Shown: positions 25,029 to 37,009 of the stretch, piece after piece
Numbering within the stretch: the first letter of the stretch is position 1
How the letters are laid out: every line of letters begins with the position of its first letter
From: Rhina ancylostomus
Lineage: Eukaryota
Assembly: GCA_030265395.1 (NCBI GenBank)
Contig: JARFYF010000050.1
Span: 22,729,076 to 22,793,075, forward strand
Direction of reading: 5' to 3'
Length of the DNA stretch: 64,000 nucleotides
Notes under the pieces: generated by a model
What the model was told of the DNA's origin: nothing
Databases searched by the model: none
Seen by the model: the letters and a program-made list of their open reading frames with translations, nothing else
Position numbers and translations under genes: made by a program

Positions 25029-26400
25029 TCTCCAATGTAATGGAATCCACGCTGTAAGCACCAGACACCATATACTAGATTGGATGAGTGAAAAATAAAT
25101 CACTGCTTCACTTGGAAGGGCTGTTAGGGTTCATGGATGGTGGGTGACGTACATTGGAGAAAGCAAATTCAGACTGAGTGAACACTTTGAGCAGTGTTTG
25201 TGTTCAGTACTGTAATATGAAGGTTAAAAGCAGATCTTTTACTCAAAATGGAGTTGTCAGCCCACTGTCTTCACAATGACCAGGTATGTTAATCAGGAAG
25301 ATACATAAAACAGAAGGTCTTAATTCATCAGGTCCTTGAGGCCTTGTAGCATGCAGACGTGTGGCATTAAGGAATGTAAAATTACAAGATAACTTGTTTT
25401 TTCTTGGAGATGAGTGAAACTGGTTCAGTTGATAATGTAAAATTCATTAAGAAATAATTAGTTTTAGAATTGTAGCTGATTGAAATGTGCAGATTAGTAA
25501 AGCACAGACTTCCTTGATTATACAAGTGCGAGTAGTGAACAAGCTCATTGGACCTCTCCTTGGACGGAAACCGCGATTGGTGCCAAGAACCTCAGATTCT
25601 CCAGACCAGTCATTGTAAATCAGAGTCCACGACAAGCAGAAGGACATGAGACTTGTTCCTTCATCAATTATTTTTATACTGTGTTTGAGACATACCGCTT
25701 TGTATATCATGCAACCTTGAAGTGTTCATTCTCCCTCATTGATCCAAATCCTCAAAACCTGCTTATTTCCCATTACGGGTGCACAGGGCCTGAGCTTCCT
25801 GTTTCTGCCACTTCAAGTGTCCATCCCATTTCTACTCTAAATCAACTGCACTGTAATTACAAGGTCTAATGTAAACTTGAGAAACAGCACCATGTCTTCT
25901 GCCTGGGCACATAATAACCTTCCAGACTCAATATGGAATTCAATCACTTCAGGTAACTCCAGTTCTCTGCTTGTATCAGAACTGGCCAGTTCTAATGCAA
26001 GTCCTCTATCTGTACTAATGGCTCAGTTTTGCCCCTCTCCATTAGCAAGTCCTGTCTCCATTAGCATTCCCTACAGCTCTGCACTTCAACATTCCTTAGT
26101 GTTCATTCTCCCTCTATTTGCTCCTCCCATCTCATAGCTTTAAAGTTTCTTTGATCAGATATTTCTGTATGAGAGCACTCATTAACCCATCAACTGGATA
26201 ATGTCATCTACAGCAGTTCCCCACAATATCAGAGATATTCCCATTATCCTTTCCATCCCACCACCAAATCTCTTTGCAACTTAAAACTTTCTTTCTCTCT
26301 TTCCCAGTTCTAAGGGTCTTTGACGTGAAACATCAACTCTCTCTTTCCACAGATGCTGCCTGACCTGCTGAGGTTTTCTAGCAGTTTGTGTTTTCATTTT
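25029..26400 (+). mobile_element. Penelope-like element 3' part (GIY-YIG endonuclease pseudo-ORF, UTR, HHR remnant) with 5' inversion
   Basis: Minus 25145-25029: PTIHEP*QPFQVKQ*FIFHSSNLVYGVWCLQRGFHYIG; plus from 25150: YIGESKFRLSEHFEQCLCSV; 25870-25956: CKLEKQHHVFCLGT**PSRLNMEFNHFR*; terminal repeat at ~26305-26400. Confidence 0.85.
25211..25777. mobile_element. probable solo LTR nested in the PLE endonuclease
   Basis: 567-bp interruption of the GIY-YIG frame; termini TGTAATatGAA..TTCccATTACG; flanks agtac/ggtgc (5-bp TSD with two transitions). Confidence 0.6.
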
Positions 26401-26409
26401 TAAATCAAG

Positions 26410-26630
26410 GTTGGCAAGTGTTAAATATTGGACAAGGAACCTGGTATCACTCGTCTGCTCTTTCAAAGAGTGCATAGAATGTTTTATGTCCTCCTGGGAT
26501 CAGAACACTGGGCTTTCATTCATCAGCTCCTCCAAAAGATGGCTCCACTAGCAGTGAAGCACTTCCTCAATCCAGCTACACTGGGGCTTCAACCTAAATT
26601 TTTCTGCTTGGATTCTCTGGAGTGAGGATA
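26410..26630 (-). mobile_element. DeuSINE (SacSINE1-like), degraded
   Basis: Reverse Deu core aaatattggacaagga..ctgctctttcaaagagtgcat, followed by gcacttcctca..ctctggagtg. Confidence 0.6.
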
Positions 26631-26907
26631 GTTTGTACTATTTGCAAGAATTTGATACAAGTTTATGATCACATTTTCCAGTTGTGCACTGGACTACACA
26701 AATTAGGAACTAGCTATACAAGTTATATCCTATGTCTTAACACAGTACAGAATGATGGGTACAGTGAGCCACTAATCAAGAGCTCTACAAATTTGAAGCC
26801 AACACGATGAAAAGCACAGTCTAGAACAAATTTGGTATCATTGCCTGTACATAGAGAATGTATGTGTTAAGTAGCAGGATGAACAGTTTTGTGGAAGTGT
26901 TGGCCAA

Positions 26908-27162
26908 GGGCAGCACGGTAGCATAGCAGTTAGCGTGACGCTATTACAGCGCCAGCGATCAGGGTTCGATTCCCGTCACTGTCTGTAAGGAGTTTTTACG
27001 TTCTCCCGTGTCTGTGTGGGTTTCCTTCGGGTGCTCCGGTTTCCTCCCACATTCCAAAGACTTACAGGTAGGTTAACATGGTTTAAAATGGGCAGCACGG
27101 ACTCGTTGGGCTGGAAGGGCCTGTTACCACGCTATAAATAAAATTTAAATTTAAATTTAAAA
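26908..27162 (+). mobile_element. full-length tRNA-derived V-SINE (HE1-related), CR1-type tail
   Basis: A-box-like TAGCATAGCAG (~26919), B box GGTTCGATTCC (26963-26973), V-core, tail gggctggaagggcctgttacc, (aaattt)n end; CpGs largely retained. Confidence 0.92.
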
Positions 27163-28084
27163 AGGACCTTTTTGGCAAAGACTCAAAGTCTTTAAGCTTT
27201 GAGATAATTAAAAGGGGAAAATGCAGAAATTATGTGGAAGGTGCTGGGAACTGTAGGAAGCCATGTCTGTTCACAGGTCTTATGATCCACACAATACTGG
27301 TTTAACAACTTGTGTTGTTTTTTAATCCGTATTTTCATTGGCTCTTCTTGATGAATCCCAACTCCAAGATGAGTTTCAAGGGGCAAAATCCATTGTGCAT
27401 GTGGGAAGCAAAACAGATTACTTTGGCCAATGGCTCTCCCCTTTCTTGCATGGGATATTCCTTTCCTGGAGAAGCCAACTGAGGAAAAACAACACTTTAT
27501 TTCAGGCTTTTTAAAACTGATTTATTTTGTATTTTATATAATTTTTTGAAATACAAAAGAATTCACAACTGCTATGATGAACCTTATAGTATAATGTTCA
27601 TATATTTTAGGGCCTCCATTCCATGGTCTCACCATTTATTTAATGACACTGATCTCATTAAAAGGGTTAATTGTCAGAAGGTTAATTTGTTTTCTCTAAT
27701 TTAATAACATACAAATCAACGAGAGAGTCTGGAACTGAACCCAGTGCCTTTGGTGTATGAATAGCAGGAAGAGAAAAAGGTTTTAAGCCTACATATGTTC
27801 ACAGGGTTAAAATCCACAATTTAATATTCAAGCCTTTCTCTGTCTTGCATGAATGAACAAGCCTTGATTTAACAATTAAAATTCTATTCATCTGTATCAC
27901 TTCACAGGAAAAAAGTGAGTGCTGCCAAATGAACTCTCCTATACTTCCCGAGAACCAGGCAAATCACTGCATGCAGAACTATTCAGTTGCAGGTCAAATA
28001 ATACAGAAAAAGTGAAAAATGTAAAACAGTACTGAATCTGTGTCACTTTGTTCAAGAGAAAACACTTCATATGATCACATACCT

Positions 28085-28392
28085 GATCCTCCAACTTAAA
28101 ATGTTCACTCCCTCCACCACCAGCATACTGTGGCTGAAGTATGTGCAAAAGCTTCAACAGCACCTCCCCAAACCACAACCCTACCACACAGAAACACTTC
28201 TACCTCCAAATTCACCTCTACCACTTTTCATATGGCCACAAGTCCTGAAACTCCCTTCCTCAGTACTATGGGAGTTCCTTCAGCACATAACAATTCAAGG
28301 CATTGACTCAGAATCACTCTCAAGGGCAATTAAAGGATCATTGACAAATGCTGGTATTGTCAGTGACATCCACATCCCATGCGTGAATAAAC
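28085..28392 (+). mobile_element. 3' end of the CR1/L2-group LINE family seen at 3560-5465
   Basis: ttcactccctccaccaccag..ctctcaagggcaatt..aaatgctgg..cacatcccatg..gaataaa. Confidence 0.7.
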
Positions 28393-29321
28393 AGGCTTCT
28401 TCCAGTGTGCGTGTCATCTTTATATTTTTATTTTATACAAATGGAAACACTGAGCATCAATCCATAAGGGTTCATCAGGTTTTCCCATTGTTTCTTCTGC
28501 AGATATGGTGTGGGGCCTTTTCTCTGGAATTAATCAAAGATCAGGAGAGAAAAATCATATTAATGTTAAAAAAACTTATTGATTTTGAAGAACAAGTCTG
28601 AATCCTTGCAGCTTTAGTCAGACATTTCCTTCAATGTTTCAGGATTGAAGTTGTTCAATTCACTGTTCCTCAAACTGTACTATTTATTAAAAATATACCA
28701 ATGCCATTGAGCAATCTTCTGATTAATCTTCAGTCAAAGGCCTTTAAACAAATATCAAAACTATATTTGGGACAGATGCTTCCCATCCAGCATGCAGAAA
28801 ATGTTTGACACCTTACAACCAGTTATGTTCATTGACGCTCACTGCCAGAGAGGAACCCTTGAAACAGATGGCTTACACAAGTTGGATTTACTTTATCTGA
28901 TTTGCCAGCAAACATTAATACTTCCAACTGGTCACACACAGATCTGGAAGAAAATGAAGCTGGTATAACCATTTCACACGTGCTTTATATTCAGTTTCCT
29001 CTTTGACTTTCTGGAATCACACAATAAGCAAAGTAGATGTTTATTTTTGACAGTCCCAACACTGGAGCCAGATCCTCAGCCTACACCAACACTTGGATAG
29101 TTCCATCAACGTTACTTATGTACAGGATCTCAATTCTCAACAGTTCAAGTCACTGGTTAAGGATCACCTTCAAAGACTAAAACAAAATCATTAATAAGTG
29201 TTGGCTTTGCCAATCACATTCACTCCCATGTGGGAACAAGGAATGTCAATGTCACTGACAAGGCCAGCATGCGTTTCCAGTCCTTGGAGCTCAGGGTCAT
29301 TGCTGACTCATTTACTTAAAT

Positions 29322-29485
29322 GTAAAAAAAACTGCTGGAGGAATTTGGCAGGTCAGGCAGCATCTATAGAGGCAGAGTGAGAGTCAACATTGAGACAGGA
29401 CCCTGATCAGGACAGCCAACTTGCCGAGTTCCTCCAGCAGGTTATTTTGTGCTCCAGATTCCATAATCTGCACTCTCGTGTTGTT
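29322..29485 (+). mobile_element. fold-back PLE terminal fragment with TSD
   Basis: ctgctggaggaa..ccctgatcaggac (reverse) joined to gagttcctccagcag..gctccagattcc; flanks atttacttaaat (29310-29321) / atttatttaaat (29486-29497). Confidence 0.8.
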
Positions 29486-31054
29486 ATTTATTTAAATATT
29501 CATGTTCTGGTTCATGCACCCACCACCACCACCACCTTACCCAGTGTATTTGATACTTCTTGCTCCACATATGGAAGAGGTTGCAGTTCCTATAATACCC
29601 TCCTCAGTTACCTACAAAACTGGAATGGAAGCAAGTCATCCTCCATTCTGACCAATTGCCTCAGAAGAAAGTTACATAGCCATTTCATAAACACGTTGTA
29701 GAAATTATGCTTGACCAAGAAACTGAAAAACAAAAACTGGATTTTTAAAATAGGGTTTGGGGTGCAGAATTTCAATATCAGTCACAACACGGCAGAGTCC
29801 GAGTGTTGAACTTGTCTTCTGAAGTTTGGTTCCATTGATGAAGTCGTCTGCTTAGGAACCAATGAAAGGAAGGATGATATTTTTCTGGGAGCTTTGGGAC
29901 CCAGGATCAAGAATGAAACATAAGACTTTGGAAAAAGTAATCTCTCAATTGTTTTCCTAGCCAAGCAAGATCTGATCCAGATCCAACAGATCTGGATATG
30001 ACTGAAGGGCTCAGAGAGTGGCGTGGGAAACAGGAACATCCATTTCCTATGACAATGGAACTAGTACTGGCTCTAATTTTGCCAAGCTGGGAACACAATG
30101 TTCAAGAAAACGTGATAACTAGGGTTCAAATTAAAATTAAGGGATTGGAGGTAATGGTGGCAAAGGATTGGGGAGTTTGTGACTAGGCACAGAGAAAGTT
30201 CCCTTTCCACCCACGACCAAGAGAAAGGTTAAGGCAAAATGAAAAATAGCAGTTTAGATAATGTTCAAACAATGTTTGACAGATAAGAGAGCACAACAAA
30301 ATAGTGACAAGTTGAAATCAAAAGGGAAAACAGTGAAAATGACAGTTTCTGAATGCACAAAGAATTCAAAACAGGACTGACGAATTAATGGCAAAATAAT
30401 TGATAAATTGATCTAACCACCAGCATAGAAACATGGCCTTCATTGTAACTGGGGTTAGGAATTAAATATTCCAGACTACTTGATACTTATCAAGGAAGAC
30501 AGAAGAAGTGTTTACTATTGATTAAAGAACTATGGTAAATAAGCAACAGTGAAGAATGATCTTGTGTTGGAAATATGGGAAGTAGAATCAGAATAAATGG
30601 AAATAAAAAATGACACAGACAGAAACTAAGTGAGCGTACATTATAAGCACTAGAACAGGAACAGCACCATTAGAGTGATAATCAAGAGATGAAGTAAGCT
30701 CCTAGCAAAAATAAATACACTAATTGTGGTGGACTTGACTTTTCATGTGCACTGGGGAAATCAAATAGTTTAATCTAGTTTGGAGGCAGAACTCCTCGAA
30801 TGTATTTGGGACAGAATTGTGGAACATGACAGTGACCCATAAGAACAATAGTCTATTAATTCTACAACATTCAAAATGATGCTCACAGCAGACAGTGCAA
30901 GGACTATACTCTGGTTAGAACTGTCAGGTCAAATTTTAACTAGGGTGATATGAAACAACATGGCAGCAGTCATGACCACATTTCACTCAGAGAGAAGGGG
31001 GAGTGCAGGTGGTGGTGAAATTCACTTTCATAATTGCATCACACCATATAAAGA

Positions 31055-31520
31055 GTGTTTTACCCTGTGCTACCTCTGTCACAATGTTGATCCAGATCAA
31101 ACTCACAGAGAACCCAAATGCGGCACACCGATACACGACTAGAGTCGGGATACTTCCTCAGGACAAACGCAGGCAATAACTGGAAGGAATCTTGCCTTGG
31201 AGATCAGAAGAGGAATCCCAACACAAACTGGATCTTCGCAAAGGAANNNNNNNNNNNNNNNNNNNNNNNNNNNNNNNNNNNNNNNNNNNNNNNNNNNNNN
31301 NNNNNNNNNNNNNNNNNNNNNNNNNNNNNNNNNNNNNNNNNNNNNNCAGCATGGAATCCATGTGCTGGACAACAAGGCATTAATGAGCCAAATTGAGGGC
31401 CAGAACTCAGAACCATGACAACCTCAGTGCACTGTGTAATGAATTGATCTGTTCAAATGGTATGCAAGACAAGTTTTTCACTGTACCTCAGTACAAGCGA
31501 CAATAATAAACCAATACCAA
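31055..31520 (+). mobile_element. Rex1/Babar 3' UTR fragment interrupted by a solo LTR
   Basis: gtgctacctc|agtgcactgtgtaatgaattgatctgt matches uninterrupted copies near 21255 and 33015. Confidence 0.8.
31077..31420. mobile_element. solo LTR, probably Gypsy-type (contains a gap)
   Basis: Termini TGTCA..TGACA; perfect 5-bp TSD ACCTC at 31072-31076 and 31421-31425. Confidence 0.8.
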
Positions 31521-31961
31521 AATTTCTTGGCCAAACTACTGTAGACCATGCCTTAGGTAGTGAGTTGGTGCTGCAAGATAAACTTCATTGAAAGAGATCT
31601 TCCAGTGAAAAAATAGAAATCACTAAACATTATAATTTTTGTATTTCTAGTTTAGGAGTTTAAATTTAAAATTATACAGGATTTTATTTAAACCAAGGTC
31701 CTTTGAGGAACTAGGAAAACAATGGCAAATACTAAAATAAATGAAGTATCAAATGTGGATTCCATTGAGAAATAAAAACTCCACAAGAAACGTGTTCCTT
31801 CTGTGGACAAGCAAGGTGGCTAAAGATAGAGTTTAGTATTAACAGTAACGGCCCAAAAAGATGTCAAGAATCACAGTAAACTCAAGGACAGAGACAATTT
31901 TGGAAACCAGTAAGAAGTAACCAAACATAAATACTTCTCTCTGTTTTACTTGCATTTTAAG

Positions 31962-33103
31962 TAAAGACACCTACGTTAGACTATTGTTTATTGACTACAG
32001 CTCCAGTTTCAATACTCTAATTCCAAGCAAACACATCAGCAAACTCCAAGACCTAGGACTCAACACCTCCCTCTGTAACAGACCACAATCAGAAAGGATA
32101 GGCAGCAACACCTCCAACATGATTATTCTCAACACTGGTGCCACACAAGGTTGCGTCCTCAGCCCTATACTCTGCACCCTATACACTCATGACTGCGTGG
32201 CCAGATTCTGCTCTAATTCTATCTACAAGTTTGCAGATGGTACCACCGTTATAGGTCGTATCTCAGACAACAATGAGTCAGAGTACAGGAAGGAGATAGA
32301 GAGCTTAATGGAATGGTGTCATAACAACAACCCTTCCTTCATTGTCAGCAAAACAAAAGAGCTGATCATTGGCTTCAGGAAGGGGTCGGTGCACATGCAC
32401 CTGTCAACATCAACGGTGCTGAGGTTGAGAGGGTAGAGAGCTTCAAGTTCCTTGGAGTGAACATCACCAATAGCCTGTCCTGGTCCAACCATGTGGATGC
32501 CATGGCCAAGAAAACTCACCAGAGCCTCTACTTGCTCAGGAGGCTAAAGAAATTTGGCATGTCCCCTTTGACACTCACCAATTTTTAAGGATACTTTCTG
32601 TGGTGCACTGATATCTGGATGACTCACAACTTGGTACGGCAACTGTTCTGCCAGTGACTGCAAGAAACTGCAGAGAGTTGTGAACACAGCTCAGCACATC
32701 ATGGAAACCAGCCTCCCCTCCATTAACTCTGTCTATACTTCTTGCTGTGAGCATAATCAAAGACCGTACCCACCCCAGACATACTCCCTTCTCCCATTGG
32801 GCAGTAGATTCAAAAGCCTGAACGCATGTATCACCAGGCTTAATGACAGCTTCTTTCCCACTGTTATAAGACTATTGAACTGTTCTCTAGTATGATAAGA
32901 TGGACTCTTGACTTCATAATCTATCTCATTATGACCTTGCACCTTATTGTCTATCTGCACTGCACATTCTTTGTAGCTGTTGCACATTATTCTGCATTCT
33001 GTACTGTTTTCCCCTTGTACTACCTCAATGCACTGTGCAATGTATGAACAGTACACAAGACAAATTTTTCACCGCACCTCAGTACAAGTGACAACCATAA
33101 ACC
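31962..33103 (+). mobile_element. 5'-truncated Rex1/Babar LINE (RT pseudogene and 3' UTR)
   Basis: [34 protein letters not shown]; 21-nt deletion (WILDFLT) between aac microhomologies relative to the copy at 19580-20165. Confidence 0.92.
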
Positions 33104-33205
33104 AACTTATTTCTGAAAGCTCCCCTAACTACAGAAAAATTGAAGAATAGCAAAAATAAATGAAAGTCCAAGAGGGAGGGTAAGGAGAACTTATGACAAA
33201 TATAG

Positions 33206-33299
33206 GAGCAAAACACAAGCTGGAGGAACTCAGGAGGTCAGGCAGCATCTGCTGAGACAGAGGGATGGTTGACATTTCGTGCCGAGACCCTGCATTATG
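33206..33299 (-). mobile_element. PLE terminal fragment
   Basis: Minus strand ATAATGC-agggtctcggcac-GAAAT-GTC; possible TSD aatatag (33199-33205, 33300-33306). Confidence 0.75.
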
Positions 33300-36200
33300 A
33301 ATATAGAAAATAGCTGAATCATTGAACAAAATATTTTGTATCTTCTACAGTGAAGATGGTTGCAGGTCAACCAGAAATATAATGTGGAATCATAATGTTA
33401 CAGGAGGATCTTAAAGAAATACCTCTTAAGAAAATACCGGAGAAATTGAAGAGTCAAAGTTGACAATCTCCAGACTTGATAGTCCACATGCTAAGGTTCT
33501 AAAAAGACAGCATTAATCATCTTCCAAAATTCCCAGATTCTGGTACAATTCAGCAGACTGGAACATAGCAAGTGTAATATTTAGTGAGGAGAGACAGAGA
33601 AAATAGGGACATATTACCTCAGCATCAGGAATCCATTAAGTGGCAGCACAATACTTAGAAAATCATGCTCTATTTAAGCAGAATCCACATATTTCCCCTT
33701 CATTGAAATCCTATTTGAGAAAACCAGTATTTTTAAATGTTGTTACCAACAGGCGGATAAGGTGGAACCATTGAACACAGTTTAACTATGATTCCAATAG
33801 ATGTTTACCAAAATGGTACCATGTAGCTACAGCTCAAAATTTTAAAAGATAACATTGTTCTGGCTATAAAGTGCTGAGGGCTCCATTGGGGGTTGGGGGA
33901 GGGGGTGGTGGTGTGTGACTTGAGATCAGACAGAAACAAGTCTGTCAGTCAGACCAAATGTTTAGCACATTTTGTTCCAAATATGCAGGAGCTAGAAGAG
34001 AGAGTGGCCTTTATGTTAAAATCAGCCCCTATCAAACTATTGACAGCAAGGAAGTAGATGGAGCATATTCTACTTAAACCAAAGTCAACATGGAATAAAC
34101 CATAGACACATTTGAAAGTCCAACCAAATCTTTCTTAATTTGCACCGATCCAGTTGCACATTAAACTTTATTTGTACAGACAAGAAATGCTTGAAAGGTT
34201 GGGTCTCAAGTGCTGACAAATAGTTACACAGAAAAGAGTTCCATAACTGAGAATCCTTTCAGGCTATGTACAACTTGAAAACAGAGCTAGTCAACTGAAG
34301 GTTACCACAAGTAACTAGCCATTAGATTAGAATGTGCAAAGTCACTTGTGCCATTTACTGGATCTGCCTCCCTTTGTTGCAAAGTCAGAACTGTAACTTC
34401 CTTTTCAGACATACAAACATTAATAGGCAGCAAGCTGGATGAGTGGGAATTATTTAAGGTCAGTTTTCTGTGGTCTGACTACAATATTGGCATCAACACC
34501 AACTCATGGATTATAAAATTAAGGAAAATCTTTTGGAACTGTTTCATAACCATTCTTTGTAAAATCTGGTTGGCCACTTCTAAATCCTATTACTGCCATC
34601 CTGCTGCCAGTGCTCAGTTTTAAATGGAGACACTCCACTCTCGTTTTCTTTTCATTCCACAATAGCTACGATGCTCACAACTCACACTGTGAGAAGCTTT
34701 ATGGTACACAAACAATTACATCAAAAGACTGATACACAATTTCATTTTATGTCCCTGTAGACAAAATATCCTATTAAAATCCTTACAACCTTTACATCTC
34801 TCAGAATGTTTCACATCATTATGTTAAGACAAGAAAGCTTTCAGATGCTGATATCAAACATCTCTAAACTCATCAAATAGAAATGAAAATCAAATCCACC
34901 ATTTAGGGGTCAAAATTGAGCAAGCTGCTGGGTGATTCCATCATGAATTGTCAGCTGACACACACACCAAAATACAAATTTATAAATAAATTTCACATTT
35001 GCCCATGAAATTAGTTCACATCAGTGATGCCAGACTAGTCAGTCCTACCATCCTGTGTATGGACTAGGATTTCATTTATGGATGTGACCCGAGGCTGGAT
35101 CTAGGCTCTTCTTTCAGCTGTTGACAAATCAGTTCTGCATATGTACTCACGTTCATCATCATGTACAAGCTAGAACATGAGTTGTATTCATTTTGTTCCA
35201 GTTGAACTGCAATATGATAACTTTCATTTATTAAAAGCATCTAACCCAGTTAAAAAAACAAGGCGTTTCACTGGAACACAAACAGATAAAAACTGACTTG
35301 TCATCAAAAGAGGTAGCATGATGACTAGAATGCCTGACAAAAGTAATGCATTTTAAGGCAAAATTTAGAAAGTGGAGAAATGTTAGGAAGTGTATTCCAG
35401 AGGGTAGGATTTAGATGGCCAAAATATATGGCCACTAATGGAAAGGTTCAGAGGCAAGAGAACCAGAGTCTGATGTGTTTTAATAAAAGACCGTAATCCA
35501 GTTGCAGAATCTCCATTGACTGTGTAATGCAGTGCTGTCAATTTATTTCTTCTGGAAATCTGGCCTTTGATCGGCCCAAAACATCAGCCCATACAAGTTT
35601 TGATCTAATTTTACTTGTGAGATTCGACAATTTCATGTGCATTTGTAAATAGAGATCAGGTTTTTCCCAAAACCTTTAGATTTCAATCACTTCAACTAAT
35701 ATCTGAACAGACAAAAGGAGCAGATATTTGGGATATCATACAGTAAACACACTTTCTGCCAGAACACTGACAAAATGCCTTCCTATTGGTTGTGTGACTC
35801 TCCGCTTCACAGTTAGAAAATGTCCTTTACTGCATTTGCCTCCTACAAATCCTAAAATGAGTTTGCTCTCATGCCCCTTCTCCCAAAAAATTACATTGCT
35901 AAGTGATTTAAAATGGAACTTTTTCCTGTAGCTATATTGAGCATAGGATGATCAAATTTTGTCCAACTAGAGGTCACTCATACACTAAGTAAATATTGGC
36001 TTACACCAGTGGCAACAGAGAGTAAAACAGAAAATGCAAGTCAACAGATAAGTAGTCAAAGAATATTTATTAAAAAAAACAAGCAATCAAGTATTGATAA
36101 GCAGCTGATTGTTTTTGTCCTTTGCTCAGCACTGCGAGGATATGCTATCCTTGAACAGTGTTTCCATATCAGTACAGCTATAAGTATCTTATTACAGTAA

Positions 36201-36505
36201 AATACTAAGGGTTGTTGGTAGCATTATAGGAAATGGAAACTCTTTCTTCCATATAGATGTGATGACTATTGAGGTTTAGATGAAAAGTTTTATAGCAGTA
36301 GGTACAATTTAGATAGAGCCTGTGCTTTCCCTTTGAAAGTTCAACCAGTGCAACTTTTACAAACTAAAAGCAAGTTCCTGGATTTGAAAACAGTAAAACT
36401 GTGGGTCAAGTCGGTTCCACTATTCGATTAGATCATGGCCATTCCGCATCTTCACGAACCAGCTGTAGACCTGTAAACTATAATACCCTTGCCTATTTAA
36501 CATCC

Positions 36506-36727
36506 AGACACACAAGAAACTGTAGGTGATGGAATCTGGAGTAAAACACAAACTGCTGAAGAAACGTAGCAGGGTAGACAGCATCAGAGGAGGGAGATGG
36601 GTAGTCAGTGTTCGGTTTGAGACTTGTCAGTCCAGACGAAGGGTCTTGACCCAAAACATTGACTGTCCATTTCCCTCCACAGATGCTGCCTGACTGGAGT
36701 TCTTTCAGCAGTTTTGTTTTTTTTGCC
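36506..36727. mobile_element. fold-back pair of PLE terminal fragments
   Basis: Right arm CAGTC-CAGACGA-aGGGTCttGACCC-AAAAC-ATT-GACTG (36628-36665) keeps stems I and II; left arm is the reverse complement of the same repeat. Confidence 0.85.
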
Positions 36728-37009
36728 ATAAAACATTCAGCAGCCTCAAGTTTAGTTATTTGTGCAAGTGTGGCAATAAAAACAAAAATTATTTTCCAAC
36801 CTTCAGTTTTAATTTCTTCAATGCATTCCTTCAGAACAGGACCTCAGCTGCTGGTTAATCTATGTATCCCTGGATGAAGAGTGGGCATGTTGTTTGTAGA
36901 TTCCACCATGGAAACATTTCATGTGGTGACAAAAAAATTAGAGACAAATGTTTTATAAACACAGAATTGTTAAGTTACCAAGGAGAGCTTTTTTTCACTC
37001 GAGAATCAT

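Larger units (their letters stand above)
30340..33830 (+). mobile_element. old CR1 ORF2 (AP endonuclease to RT), split by nested insertions
   Basis: FLNAQRIQNRTDEL (~30346), IETW, NIPDY, AESLNK (~33313), DWNIASV (~33556). Confidence 0.65.

Noticed and set aside
25501-25869. 123-codon open frame overlapping an antisense ORF
   Set aside because: Crosses the LTR/PLE boundary, no ATG or splice support; explained by TE sequence
26908-26985. tRNA gene
   Set aside because: A/B boxes belong to a SINE head that runs straight into the V-core
28071-28601. 176-aa ORF
   Set aside because: Largely reads through a degraded LINE 3' end; no recognisable domain
31984-32436. 150-aa reverse transcriptase ORF as a functional gene or retron-like system
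   Set aside because: 5'-truncated Rex1/Babar copy with FADD changed to FADG, an internal deletion and frameshifts
34409-34458. Plus-strand exon-like segments (DIQTLIGSKLDEWELFK; also 53129-53186)
   Set aside because: Good splice signals but isolated, unrecognised and expected by chance in 64 kb
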